A stretch of DNA of 60,948 nt from an uncultured virus (IMG/VR IMGVR_UViG_3300048587_001148) (IMGVR_UViG_3300048587_001148), one strand, 5' to 3'; positions 28,852 through 38,849 are shown, numbered from the stretch's first letter. A program made the numbers and translations. Notes: generated by a model from the sequence alone, not told the origin.

Positions 28852-28924
28852 GGGCCCGTAGCTCAGTTGGGAGAGCGCCGCGCTGGCAGTGCGGAGGTCA
28901 GCAGTTCGACCCTGCTCGGGTCCA
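28852..28924 (+). tRNA. tRNA-Ala(GGC)
   Basis: G3:U70; CT-GGC-AG. Confidence 0.94.
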
Positions 28925-28925
28925 T

Positions 28926-29155
28926 GGGAAGGCGACCAGGACGCGGCTTCCGCGGTTAGTGGTCGTATGGCAGCCCCCGCGTTGACGGCCCCTGAAGTGA
29001 GGCGAAAGGGCTCGAGCGGGAATCACGACGACGGTGGCACGTTGCGTCCGCGGGTAGGTCACTCACCTAAGCCCAACCGCCAAGGCGCCTTGCTGGGAGT
29101 TGCAACTCCCCAGGACGTGGATCCCGAGACAATAGGCTGCCCGGTCGTCCTTCCC
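28926..29155 (+). ncRNA. candidate structured ncRNA
   Basis: closing stems GGGAAGG/CCTTCCC and GGCAGCC/GGCTGCC with internal hairpins; fills the spacer between two tRNAs. Confidence 0.45.
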
Positions 29156-29188
29156 GTTGTACCGCCCACCCACATGGTGGGCGCGCAG

Positions 29189-29500
29189 TGCCCCTTGGTG
29201 TAACTGGCAACACGTCTGACTTTAGCAGCAGGACCGCTGGACACCCCGGTTGAAAGGCCGGGAGTGAATGCCCTCAAAGTCGGTGAACGCTTCCGGGGAG
29301 ACCCGATGCCAACGCCGAGCCAAGCCCCGGAGGAGTGGGGAAGGTGTAGAGACTGGATGGGGGCCACCTGACCGGCGCGTGGATGCGTGGACGCAGGTGA
29401 AGGCACAGTCCAGACCACGAACACCGGGCCCGCCCGGTGGCGGCGAAAGCCGAAGTGGTACGGGATCAGAAGAGTCCAGGTTCGAGCCCTGGAGGGGCAA
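29189..29500 (+). tRNA. tRNA-Gln(TTG), intron-containing (exons 29189-29223 and 29463-29500)
   Basis: joined exons give TCTGA-CTTTGGA-TCAGA. Confidence 0.9.
29224..29462 (+). ncRNA. group I self-splicing intron (IC3-like), 239 nt, second copy
   Basis: differs from first copy at 2 positions. Confidence 0.92.
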
Positions 29501-29612
29501 CTCGTACGCCACCCTGGCGCCGCACTCCGCAGCGCCTCACTTGACCGTCGCGTCACCCGCGACGCCGCTCGCTCGCGAGCGCCATCACAAGGGCCACGCC
29601 CTGGAGCATCTC

Positions 29613-30122
29613 ATGTCACTCTGCCTTGTCCTTAACGCCTCTCTTGAACCGCTCAGTATTCTCCCCGCGATGCGGGGGTTCGCCCTCGTCCGTCGCGGCA
29701 AGGTGGACGTCATCGAGGCGGACGCCGGGCGCGTGATCCGGTGGCAGGGTGGCTCCGCTCCAATGCCCGTGCGTGTCGTGCTCCGGGAGTATCTCAACCT
29801 CGGTGCGCGCTACCACGCCGGCGCGGGCCTGAGCAAGCGCAACCTGCTGCTTCGCGACGCCTACACGTGCCAATACTGCGGCGCCAAAGAGGGAGAGGGC
29901 CGGCGTGGCGCACGACTCACCTGGGACCATGTGCTCCCGCAGTCACGCGGTGGTCAGAATACGTGGGAGAACCTGGTAACGGCCTGCACGAGCTGCAACT
30001 CCCGCAAGGGAAACCGTACGCCGAGTGAGGCTGGCATGCCGCTGCAGCGCCTGCCGCGTCGACCACGGAAATCGGAGCTCCTGCAGTTACGCGCCGATCG
30101 CTGTTTGCCACGTGTCGCGTAG
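29613..30122 (+). CDS. HNH endonuclease
   Basis: LVLNASLEPL N-terminus; CQYCG...DHVLP...GG...WENLVTACTSCN; GGAG before ATG. Confidence 0.93.
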   Translation: MSLCLVLNASLEPLSILPAMRGFALVRRGKVDVIEADAGRVIRWQGGSAPMPVRVVLREYLNLGARYHAGAGLSKRNLLLRDAYTCQYCGAKEGEGRRGARLTWDHVLPQSRGGQNTWENLVTACTSCNSRKGNRTPSEAGMPLQRLPRRPRKSELLQLRADRCLPRVA

Positions 30123-30161
30123 TCCGCCTTCATGCACAGTGAGCGGCAACGACTCACCGTG

Positions 30162-30167
30162 TATGAT
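30162..30167 (+). promoter_or_regulatory. putative internal -10 box (TATGAT)
   Basis: upstream of tRNA-Val(TAC). Confidence 0.4.
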
Positions 30168-30185
30168 CAGGACACATCGCAGTAT

Positions 30186-30259
30186 GGGGGTGTAGCTCAG
30201 CCGGTCAGAGCGTCTGTCTTACACACAGAATGTCGGCGGTTCGAATCCGTCCGCCCCCA
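30186..30259 (+). tRNA. tRNA-Val(TAC)
   Basis: cloverleaf. Confidence 0.94.
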
Positions 30260-30264
30260 CTTTT

Positions 30265-30337
30265 CGGGACGTAGCTCAGTTGGTAGAGCACTGCGTTCGG
30301 GACGCAGGGGTCGCCCGTTCAAGTCGGGCCGTCCCGA
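30265..30337 (+). tRNA. tRNA-Pro(CGG)
   Basis: cloverleaf; C1:G72. Confidence 0.94.
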
Positions 30338-30384
30338 CTATGTTGTACGGCCAGGGAAGTTATTGGGGGGGGCATCACGCACGC

Positions 30385-30459
30385 GCGTTCCTAGCTCAAC
30401 CGGATCAGAGCACCTGGCTTCGGACCAGGGGGTTGGGGGTTCGAATCCCTCGGAGCGCA
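30385..30459 (+). tRNA. tRNA-Arg(TCG)
   Basis: cloverleaf. Confidence 0.92.
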
Positions 30460-30470
30460 TGTACAACAGG

Positions 30471-30633
30471 AGGGGAGACTCGTCGTGACTCTGGGGTGAG
30501 GCCCGGCCCTTCGGGGCGAGAACCATGATGACCTCTGCGGTCTCCGGCGCCGGAGGCAGCACCCGTACGGAGCAGCGGGCCCAAAAACTCGGTACCACGA
30601 AGTCTGCCTCAGGCAAAGGTGTCAGCCTCCCCT
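30471..30633 (+). ncRNA. candidate structured ncRNA
   Basis: AGGGGAG/CTCCCCT closing stem; cUUCGg tetraloop hairpin GCCC-TTCG-GGGC. Confidence 0.4.
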
Positions 30634-30688
30634 TTCGTCTGAGCAGCGCCCATGCGGCGGGGGGACACCCAGGGTACGCTCCACCTGT

Positions 30689-30761
30689 GCGAACGTAGCT
30701 CAGCCGGTAGAGCACGAGCCTTCCAAGCTCGGGGTCGCGAGTTCGAATCTCGTCGTTCGCT
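30689..30761 (+). tRNA. tRNA-Gly(TCC)
   Basis: cloverleaf; U73. Confidence 0.94.
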
Positions 30762-30807
30762 CTTGTTGTTGTGTAGTGCCGCGCGGGCAACGCGGCAGTG
30801 GAGGTAT

Positions 30808-30881
30808 CGGGACGTGGCGCAGCCTGGTAGCGCACTCGCCTGGGGGGCGAGGGGTCGTGGGTTCGAATCCCGCCGTCCCGA
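30808..30881 (+). tRNA. tRNA-Pro(GGG)
   Basis: cloverleaf. Confidence 0.94.
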
Positions 30882-30902
30882 CTTTGATCGACATAGTAAA
30901 CC

Positions 30903-30974
30903 GGGCGCGTAGCTCAGCGGGAGAGCACTGTATTCGCATTGCAGGGGTCATGGGTTCGAACCCCATCGTGTCCA
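30903..30974 (+). tRNA. tRNA-Ala(CGC)
   Basis: G3:U70; TT-CGC-AT. Confidence 0.92.
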
Positions 30975-30984
30975 TGACGCATTC

Positions 30985-31057
30985 GGGCGGTTAGCTCAGT
31001 TGGTTAGAGTGCCACGTTGACATCGTGGAGCCACAAGTTCGAGTCTTGTACCGCCCA
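30985..31057 (+). tRNA. tRNA-Val(GAC)
   Basis: cloverleaf. Confidence 0.92.
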
Positions 31058-31069
31058 TATGTAACACAC

Positions 31070-31143
31070 GGGTCTGTAGCTCAATCGGATAGAGCGCGCG
31101 CCTACGGAGCGCGAGGTTGAAGGTTCGACTCCTTCCCGGCCCA
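31070..31143 (+). tRNA. tRNA-Arg(ACG)
   Basis: cloverleaf; CT-ACG-GA. Confidence 0.93.
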
Positions 31144-31239
31144 CTGTCTCACCACACACCCAGGCATCAGTTGTTTGCGCACCCTGTCTCCTGTGAAACA
31201 ACAGTCGGCTGCGACGGCCGACCCATGTCGGCTTGCCGC

Positions 31240-32355
31240 CTATCGTGTGATGCGGGTGCCAGGAAAGTACGCCTCGAGAATGTCGCGGTGCGTTGCCCCA
31301 GCCTGAGCACGTCCCACCGCCCCATACTGGCAGAGCCCCACACCGTGTCCCCACCCTCGTCCAGTAAGGGTCCAGCGCCCGTCGGTTCCGCCCTTTACGC
31401 GAAAGGCCGTACTCCGCAGCGGTTGACCCGGTCGACTCAATTGCCCGCGAATGTCGTGTCCTGTCAGTACGGCCGATCGTCCACCAGCCTGCAGTGTAAG
31501 TCCGCGCACTCGCCCGGCGGAGGATGTGTCAGTCACCGCCACGGCGGTCACCCGACGGAGGATGTGTTGCAGCGCCGCTGCCCGCAGCTCGTACTCCCAC
31601 TGGGAGTGCGGACTGTCGGCGCAGTAGGCCCGCCCCGTCACGCTATCGACATCGTTCACGGACGGGAGATAAGGGCGGTCCGCGCCGGCAAAGAGGTCCA
31701 CGCCTCGTTCGGTGCGGCCACCACAGGTCGAGTGATAGAAGACGTCGGCAAGATTCCCTGTGCTGTCCCGAAGTACCAGCCCGGCCGTCGCGCGGGCCGC
31801 GCGCGCAAAGACGCTCATCGAGTCGGATTCCGGTAGGTACGCCTGATCACGGACGGACGCCCACACGTCATATGGCGCCGCGCCATACTTGCCGTGGTTC
31901 CGTAGTACATAGGTGCGCGCCAGGATGGCCTGCGCTTCCAGGGCGGCCGGTGCTTCTTGGCCAACTCTTCCCATCTCTGCGCGTACCACGCCCGCGACAT
32001 ACCGCTCAAGGGGCATGGATTCCACACCGACGAGGCGCCCCCCGATCGCCTGCAGTCGGAGCGGCCCCGTAGCGGAATGCCGCCCCCAGGTGATGCCACG
32101 GCCGGCACGTGGTGTGACACGCAGCCAAGCCACCCGACGCCACGAGTTCGCATGGCGCACCTCCAGGCGACCGGCACGCAGGCGCACCGTAATCGTGGCG
32201 GCTCCGCCCTTTTCCTGGTCGGTCGCCCATGTCGCTCCCCCTTTGACCGTCAGGGTGACCGTGGGGCTGGTATGGGCCACTCGAACCATGTCGGGGGGTG
32301 GTGATAGCGGCGACGTGGCCATGATGGCCCAAAGTACCTGATACAGCGCGTTCAT
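31240..32355 (-). CDS. SpoIID/LytB-domain lytic transglycosylase
   Basis: LERYVAGVVRAEM, ALEAQAILARTY, YHSTCGGRTE, GWGHGVGLCQYGA. Confidence 0.92.
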   Translation of the reverse strand: MNALYQVLWAIMATSPLSPPPDMVRVAHTSPTVTLTVKGGATWATDQEKGGAATITVRLRAGRLEVRHANSWRRVAWLRVTPRAGRGITWGRHSATGPLRLQAIGGRLVGVESMPLERYVAGVVRAEMGRVGQEAPAALEAQAILARTYVLRNHGKYGAAPYDVWASVRDQAYLPESDSMSVFARAARATAGLVLRDSTGNLADVFYHSTCGGRTERGVDLFAGADRPYLPSVNDVDSVTGRAYCADSPHSQWEYELRAAALQHILRRVTAVAVTDTSSAGRVRGLTLQAGGRSAVLTGHDIRGQLSRPGQPLRSTAFRVKGGTDGRWTLTGRGWGHGVGLCQYGAVGRAQAGATHRDILEAYFPGTRITR

Positions 32356-32619
32356 CCTGGCGGCTCCTGGAGTCGGGGTCCTGGGGTTGTCCAGGCCAAT
32401 CGACGGGCTCCTGCCCTCGCCGGGGCCGGTCTCCGGGAGAGTCTGGGCGAACGGACCCCCGCTGGCCAAGCCGGGTCCTGGTCGGAACACGCCCGGCTGT
32501 CCCGGGTTCATCCCGCTGTCATGGGGAGTGTGGCGAGACCGGCAACACGAACTCGGGCTTTCGGGGGGCCGCGTATGCTAGGTCAGATACAGAATGACTC
32601 CTTCAACACGGAACCCGAC

Positions 32620-34974
32620 ATGGCACGCCTGCACACCTCCCGCTGTACCACCCTGCCGCCGTCCCTGACGACGATCGCGGGGATGGCCCTACTGTTCGGC
32701 CTCGTCGCCTGCGGTGGCGACCCCCTCACGGGGCCCGGCGACTCCGGGATTACGGCTATCGCCATGGAGGCCCCCGATCGGGTGGCCGAGGGCGCGACCG
32801 TGACGCTGGCCGCCACCCTCACGGTCCACGGCGCTGTTCGTCCAGCGGACTCCACCAATGTGCGATGGAGTGTCCGGCCGGCCAACGCAGCCACCATCTC
32901 CCCGGCTGGCGTGCTCTCGGCGCGGGTCCCAGGCACGCTCGAGGTCGAGGTTTCTGCCCGCGAGCGCCCGACCCTTGTCGCGACCCGAACCGTCGTGGTG
33001 GACTCCGCAGCCATTGTGTCGATCGCCCTCCAGCCGGTGATCAACATTGTGCCCGGGGATACGATTCGACCGCAGACGGCGGCACGTGACGCGATCGGCC
33101 GCAACCGGCTGGTACCTGCCTCGGTCACCTTGATCGAGGGGGCCTTTGTTGCGGCCGGGCCCGGCGCCTTCCGAGCCACTGGTGAGGGCACCGCGCGGTT
33201 CCGGGCGACGTTTGGAGCCCTGACGAGCGAGACCACCATCACGGTCAGTATTGGCACCCTCCAGCGCCTCGGCGTTCCCGCGGCACAGCAACTGCCGACG
33301 GGAGAGTCCCGGACGCTTGCGGTGCCTGGCCAGGACCGACGCGGCAATCTGCTCTCGACCCCGCCCACGCTCGCGGCTCTCAGCCGTGATCCGGCGATCG
33401 CCACTGTCTCCGTCGTGGGCGACAGCGTTCGCCTGACGGCACTCACCCCGGGCCAGACGCGCGTCGTCGTGGCGCGCGCCGCGATCGTGGACAGCTTCAC
33501 GGTGACGACGGTTGGTCCGGCGTTGACGGAGCTCGTGATCACGCCGAGCGCGGCGGTCTTGGATTGGGCCACCGGCGTCGGCGTGCGGGTCGAAGCGCGC
33601 AATACGCTTGGGGCACTGACTGACGTGACGAGCGCCGTTACGGTCACCCAGGTCGGCGGCGAGCCGGGTCTGGTGGGGTGGCAGTTTACGGGTGGGCCGA
33701 CCGGTCGCTTGTCTGCGGGGCTCCCGCCGTTCCAGGCCAACGGTGTCCGACGAGACATTGGTACGAGCGCGCGCGTGGTGTTCGCCTTCCAGGCACTGCG
33801 GGACACGCTGGTGATCCCCATGAACTACCGCCGGCCGCAGACGCTGACCGCGCGGCCGCCGGCCACCTTTGCGATGATCGTCGGGGAGACCCGCAGCTTT
33901 ACGTTCGGGTTGGTGGATTCGACGGACACGCTCCTCGAGCCGCACCAGATCCTGGGCGTGGTGGGGGCACCGACCAGCACCAACCCCGCCGTGGTGAGTG
34001 TGGGGGCAGATGGTATGATCACCGCCGTCTCGCCCGGCCTGAGCACGGTACGTCGCCAGTATTTCGAGGGGACGCAGTCCGTGCAGCTGCAGTCGCAGAG
34101 TGCCGTCACGGTCCAGTCAGCCGTACCAGAGCCCCTCGATAGCAGCCCGATTGGCACGGGGTACATTCAGATCCGCCCGGTCGAGGGGCTGACGCCAACC
34201 CAGCGCACCGCCGTCTTGCAGGCCGTTACGCGACTGGAAAACGTGATCGGTGCCACGAGCCTGAATCCGTTCCCGATCAATGCACCCGCCGGGGTGTGTC
34301 TCTCTGGGGCCCCGGCCATCAACAACGAATCCTTGCCCGGCGTGGTGGTGCAGTTGAGCTTCCGGACCTTTGATGGATTTGGCGGCATCCTGGGCGCGGC
34401 CGGTTGGTGCGCGCGGCGCTCTGGGGGCGCAGGCCTTCCCGTGCTCGGCATCATGATGTTGGATGTCGTCGATGTCGACGTGGCGATCCTCAACGGAAGC
34501 TTCAACAACATCGTCACCCACGAGCTCATGCATATCTTGGGGATTGGGACGCTGTGGACGCAGTTCGGCTATGCGCCGGCGGCGCCCCTGCCCGCCGACC
34601 CGCGATACACCGGCCCAGGCGCGGTGGCTGAGTACGCATTGATCGGGGGCACGGGGTCTGTGCCGCTCGAGGACACCGGAGGTGCCGGCACGGCCGGCGC
34701 GCACTGGCGGGAGTCTGTCTTCAAGAGTGAGCTGATGACCGGCTATTTGAGTGGCTCGACGAGCCCCATCAGCCGCATGACCATCGCCGGCCTGGCCGAC
34801 CTGGGCTACACCGTGAACATGAACGCCGCGGAGCCATATACTCTCGGGGCGGCCCTGATGGCCCTCTCGTCGGCCCATGAGGCAACGCGGATCAAAGAGC
34901 AGTTGATCCAGGGCCGCTTCACGGTCGATCGCACAGGGAAGATGACGCCGATCAAACCCGCCCCGCTCCACTGA
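32620..34974 (+). CDS. lipoprotein with Ig-like (Big) repeats and leishmanolysin-like (M8) zinc protease
   Basis: lipobox LVAC; beta-rich repeats; HELMHILGIG...AHWRE...ELMTGY...LADLGY. Confidence 0.85.
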   Translation: MARLHTSRCTTLPPSLTTIAGMALLFGLVACGGDPLTGPGDSGITAIAMEAPDRVAEGATVTLAATLTVHGAVRPADSTNVRWSVRPANAATISPAGVLSARVPGTLEVEVSARERPTLVATRTVVVDSAAIVSIALQPVINIVPGDTIRPQTAARDAIGRNRLVPASVTLIEGAFVAAGPGAFRATGEGTARFRATFGALTSETTITVSIGTLQRLGVPAAQQLPTGESRTLAVPGQDRRGNLLSTPPTLAALSRDPAIATVSVVGDSVRLTALTPGQTRVVVARAAIVDSFTVTTVGPALTELVITPSAAVLDWATGVGVRVEARNTLGALTDVTSAVTVTQVGGEPGLVGWQFTGGPTGRLSAGLPPFQANGVRRDIGTSARVVFAFQALRDTLVIPMNYRRPQTLTARPPATFAMIVGETRSFTFGLVDSTDTLLEPHQILGVVGAPTSTNPAVVSVGADGMITAVSPGLSTVRRQYFEGTQSVQLQSQSAVTVQSAVPEPLDSSPIGTGYIQIRPVEGLTPTQRTAVLQAVTRLENVIGATSLNPFPINAPAGVCLSGAPAINNESLPGVVVQLSFRTFDGFGGILGAAGWCARRSGGAGLPVLGIMMLDVVDVDVAILNGSFNNIVTHELMHILGIGTLWTQFGYAPAAPLPADPRYTGPGAVAEYALIGGTGSVPLEDTGGAGTAGAHWRESVFKSELMTGYLSGSTSPISRMTIAGLADLGYTVNMNAAEPYTLGAALMALSSAHEATRIKEQLIQGRFTVDRTGKMTPIKPAPLH

Positions 34975-35085
34975 GGCACACACGACGCCCCATGATGCGA
35001 TTCTCGCACCGTGGGGCGTCGTGTAGCATCCGGCCTGAGTCCTACCTATTGCGCCCTCGTACCCCCGCCCTACTCGAGAGGGCTG

Positions 35086-36282
35086 TCACTCCTCTGGGTC
35101 CCTCATCCAGGGGAGCTCGTGGAAAAAGGTGTGGAGGAAGTCCCGCAAGGTGACCCGACGTCGAATGGTCGCGATCGTCGGATACGGAGGCATCGGACCG
35201 ATCCTCCCTCCCTCCCGCCAGTCGCGCACGGGGCCTTTCTGGTGCGCCGCCTCCTCCTCCCAGCCCACCGGGATCACCATCTCGTCCCGATAATGTACCG
35301 GGATGTCCAGCAGGGGGGGGAGCGCACTGCCACCAAGGCCGAATACGACGCGTTCTCCAGCTGCCACGCCATACTCCTCGCTTCCCTCTGGTAGGATGTG
35401 CCCATACCCTGACATGTCCAGTTCGAAGACGTACGCACCGTCGGTCTCGTACGCCATCGGGTACACTGCAATGAATGCCAGCTCCGGATCCATTTCGACG
35501 GGGGCCTCTGTCGGTTCGAGGGCCCGCAGCCAGTTCTGGAAACTGACACCTTCGTACGATGTGATGCGGTGATAGACCTCGCGTGCCACGTCTGTCGGAA
35601 GATCAACCAGGCGCAGGAGGTCTCGGACTCGAACCCCTTCGGCCACGGTGAGATGGCACTCAAGGATCTCTCGCCACGTATCTGAGCTGGTCGGCTTGAA
35701 GATGAGCGTAACGAACTCATCGTCCTGCACGCGCCGGACGGTCACCTGGATTCCGTCCGGCACCAGCGTCACGGCATTGATGCCATGCCAACACGCCGGG
35801 ACCCCGTCGCGGTAGGTGTAGATACGGCTGATGTCCTCCAGCGCCTCTTCGTGCGCCTCTTCAACGGGAAGGGCCCGCAGGTCCCGTTTGTCTTTGGGCG
35901 GGCCAAACATGTCCCGACGCCAAAGGTTGCCCATCTCAATCGCCTGGACCTTCCCCATCCCCTCAAGGAGAGTCTCCGGTTCGGTGATCGTGAAGTCAGG
36001 GTGCTTGTCTGGTGGTGTGGCCGTGAGCGATGTAATGTCCACCGCATCGAAGTGTGGTTCGTCTTCGTGGACAAACAGCCGATCGTCATCTTCGATCAGT
36101 AGCCCAGTGAGCTGTCGGCCATCCGCCAGGGTGATATCCCCAACGCGATACGTCCCCTTGGAGAAGAGGGGCGATCGTTGCCCGGCTGGGGTATACTCCG
36201 GCCAGGTGGCAATCAGGTCGGACTGCGCCCGTCGCAGATGGACTGTCCGTGTGCGAAAGTTCTGAGGCACCGAGCCCCCCAT
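35086..36282 (-). CDS. acidic hypothetical protein; ORF open to 36513, start uncertain
   Basis: long ORF with protein-like composition. Confidence 0.65.
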   Translation of the reverse strand: MGGSVPQNFRTRTVHLRRAQSDLIATWPEYTPAGQRSPLFSKGTYRVGDITLADGRQLTGLLIEDDDRLFVHEDEPHFDAVDITSLTATPPDKHPDFTITEPETLLEGMGKVQAIEMGNLWRRDMFGPPKDKRDLRALPVEEAHEEALEDISRIYTYRDGVPACWHGINAVTLVPDGIQVTVRRVQDDEFVTLIFKPTSSDTWREILECHLTVAEGVRVRDLLRLVDLPTDVAREVYHRITSYEGVSFQNWLRALEPTEAPVEMDPELAFIAVYPMAYETDGAYVFELDMSGYGHILPEGSEEYGVAAGERVVFGLGGSALPPLLDIPVHYRDEMVIPVGWEEEAAHQKGPVRDWREGGRIGPMPPYPTIATIRRRVTLRDFLHTFFHELPWMRDPEE

Positions 36283-36497
36283 GGCTGGCCGCCTTCCGTG
36301 CGGAAGGCATTGGCGTGGCGTCACTATGCTGTCAATCGACAGGATGCTGGGGCTGCCCTGAGCCGGCCAAGGCCTGGGTACCCAGGTCTCAGGGGCTCGC
36401 TCGGCCTCAGGGGTAGGCGCCGACGGCTGTCTCATTTTGGTGTATGGTTGTGTACCCCCCACCATCGGGTGCGCGGGGTTCACAGGCGGAGGTTTGG

Positions 36498-36698
36498 ATG
36501 GTCGTGCTGTCACGGGAGATGGAGCAGTGGTTGCAGACGCTCATCGCGCACTGCGGCAGCTATGCGGTGTTCGAGCGCACACAGCGACGTTGGCAGCAAG
36601 AGCCGGGCGCAGATCTCGCGCGGTGGGTGGCCATCGCGGCCGAAGAACAGCGGGTGAGTGTGCCGGTGGAGCGGCCTCTCACGGCATCAGAGCGATAA
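36498..36698 (+). CDS. hypothetical protein
   Basis: GGAGG before ATG; TAATG coupling to next gene. Confidence 0.5.
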   Translation: MVVLSREMEQWLQTLIAHCGSYAVFERTQRRWQQEPGADLARWVAIAAEEQRVSVPVERPLTASER

Positions 36699-37075
36699 TG
36701 TCGCTTGCACCGCACCTCTTGCGCCGCAGCCGACTCCCGCAGTCCGTCCTCCAGTCCTGGTGTGCCACACCCGATACGTCGCAGGTGATGGATCTTCACG
36801 TCCTCCAGCACGAGGGACCGCTCGAGCGACTTGGGCGAAGGGTGCCCGCTGTGGTTGATGCGACGACCTGGTTCTTGGACCAGTCTCGGCGCCGCGCGGA
36901 CCAGCGACACCTGCAAGCCCAATCTCGGGTCGCCACGGTGGTATGCCGTGCTGGTGGGTCTATCGTGTCGCGTGAGGTTCCCAACGCGGTGATTCGGGCG
37001 CGAATGACCCCGCGCCAGCTTGTCGCCGTCCTACGTGACCTGGGTCCCGATCTTGATCGCATCTCACCGGCATGA
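36698..37075 (+). CDS. hypothetical protein
   Basis: start overlaps previous stop. Confidence 0.5.
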   Translation: MSLAPHLLRRSRLPQSVLQSWCATPDTSQVMDLHVLQHEGPLERLGRRVPAVVDATTWFLDQSRRRADQRHLQAQSRVATVVCRAGGSIVSREVPNAVIRARMTPRQLVAVLRDLGPDLDRISPA

Positions 37076-37117
37076 CCCGAGGCGTGTCGCGCGCTAGGTC
37101 GATAGAGAGACAGCGAC

Positions 37118-37651
37118 CTATAGGCCGGCCGCGCGTCGGCCGTGTGGGCCAAACGATTGGCGCCATGCCTCGGCATGTGTCTCAGGGGACCATTCCCCCA
37201 GGAGCGTCTCCCATGGCACCTCGAAGCAACGTCGTGCGGCGTCGGTTGCATCGGGGGGGACTAGGACCTGCCCTCGGCCGATCACGAGCGCGTCGCCGGC
37301 TCGCACGGTGTAGCCACGCACGACGAAGCCGCGACCATCGAGCACCCCCGCGTCCTCATCGCCACGAAACCACTGCGCGAGGTCACCAAGGCTCAGGCAG
37401 CCACTGCGCATCTGTGCCTGCCAGTATGCGTTGTCATCTGGGAAGGCGCGACGAAGGCGTGGGTCGTCCATCGGCATTGTTCCGAAGCGCCCGATGAGGA
37501 GCGGCTGGCCGTTCGTGCGGTAGGCATACGGCCCTTCCCCCGATAGGCTGTGCTCCACGCGATAGATGACGCGATCGACGCTCGACCGTGGCAGTTCGAG
37601 GGCACCGCGGGACGCCGCCTGCTGCTCTGGCGCTCGCGACGGCGGTGTCAC
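37118..37651 (-). CDS. phage-type hypothetical protein
   Basis: IYRVEH...GPY...LAQWF...GF...QVL pattern recalled from phage hypotheticals; GTGA coupling to RNA ligase. Confidence 0.55.
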   Translation of the reverse strand: MTPPSRAPEQQAASRGALELPRSSVDRVIYRVEHSLSGEGPYAYRTNGQPLLIGRFGTMPMDDPRLRRAFPDDNAYWQAQMRSGCLSLGDLAQWFRGDEDAGVLDGRGFVVRGYTVRAGDALVIGRGQVLVPPDATDAARRCFEVPWETLLGEWSPETHAEAWRQSFGPHGRRAAGL

Positions 37652-38844
37652 ACGCCCGCCACCGCACGTCGTGGCGGCATGGGCTGCCCCTGCGGGGTTT
37701 CGCGCACCCAGGTGCGCAGTAGCCCCCCGGGCACCTGGAGTCGGTCTGCCGCCAGTGCGCACCACGCATCCATCCGCCGTCCCTTGAGCACTTGGATGGC
37801 CACATGGAATGCCGTCTCGGACGCGGAAAAGCCGCGGATGCGCTCGATGGCCTCCCTGCCCAGCGTGACACCGGCAAGTGCCCGGCACTGCTGCTCGATA
37901 CCGTGAAGCACCTGGTCAACCTCCGCCATGGCAGCTCGGCACTCATCAAAGAGTGGGCGCACGAAAGCCACCTGCTCCGCGTCGAGCCCCAATCGGTAGA
38001 GCGCTTCAGCCACGTCCTCCTGGACGCCGTGGGGGCCCAGGATGCCACCGCGGATCAAGGTCTCGACGGCCCGCTTGGGTGTCAGTCCCGTCGCGATCGC
38101 GTGGAGATTGCGGTACCATGTACTCTTCAGCTTGGCGAGTCGCCACAGCCCATCCGGTCCGCGGTAGCGCGCCACCACGCCTTCCGCCTCGCGCTCGGCG
38201 TCAATGCGCGATGCGACATCCGCGAGGGCGCCCGACAGGGGCCGCACCTGCACTGCGGGCGCGTGAATTGCCGAGGCCAACTGTTGGACGATCGCGGGAT
38301 CCACCACGAGCGACAGGTCACGCTTGTCCACCGCGGCCAGCAGCGTAAGCCCCGGCTCCGCGTAGGGCAAGACAATGCGATTGTCCGGCGCCGTGTACTC
38401 GAAGAGTAGGGAGAGGTGCTGGCCCGCGGGGTCACTTACGACCGCCTCTGGCCGCATCCCCATCTCGGCCGCCACGAGTGGCACGCGGCCGAGTTGTTCC
38501 ATCAGGGTCCATGTACCACGTGAACGCATGTGCACCCGATCCGTGATCCAATCCATGATGATCAGGGAGCCATCGAGCTTCTCGGTATACACCACGTCGC
38601 CGCTGCCGGCCGCCCCGGCCAGCTCATGGTCGTCGCCTGGGACTTCACCGACGTTGTGGAACTTAGGGAACCCCGAGCTGATCACCTGCCCGCGATCGTC
38701 AAGCACCACCGAGCGGAAGACGCGCTCGTGAGGCTCCCATCGATGCTTGGCTGGCGACGGGGAAATCAATCGCCCAATCGGCGTCTCTTGTACAGAGAAT
38801 TCGTCGGGCAGCAGGGCACTGGGATCCAGGATGGCATGTGACAT
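37648..38844 (-). CDS. T4 Rnl1-like RNA ligase
   Basis: FPKFHN, motif I EKLDGS, LFEY, EGVV, KLKSTWY. Confidence 0.88.
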   Translation of the reverse strand: MSHAILDPSALLPDEFSVQETPIGRLISPSPAKHRWEPHERVFRSVVLDDRGQVISSGFPKFHNVGEVPGDDHELAGAAGSGDVVYTEKLDGSLIIMDWITDRVHMRSRGTWTLMEQLGRVPLVAAEMGMRPEAVVSDPAGQHLSLLFEYTAPDNRIVLPYAEPGLTLLAAVDKRDLSLVVDPAIVQQLASAIHAPAVQVRPLSGALADVASRIDAEREAEGVVARYRGPDGLWRLAKLKSTWYRNLHAIATGLTPKRAVETLIRGGILGPHGVQEDVAEALYRLGLDAEQVAFVRPLFDECRAAMAEVDQVLHGIEQQCRALAGVTLGREAIERIRGFSASETAFHVAIQVLKGRRMDAWCALAADRLQVPGGLLRTWVRETPQGQPMPPRRAVAGV

Positions 38845-38849
38845 ATGCG

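Noticed and set aside
28995..29020. CTGAAG...CGAAA resembling a hammerhead ribozyme core
   Set aside because: Does not fit CUGANGA-stem II-GAAA with stems I/III and a UH site
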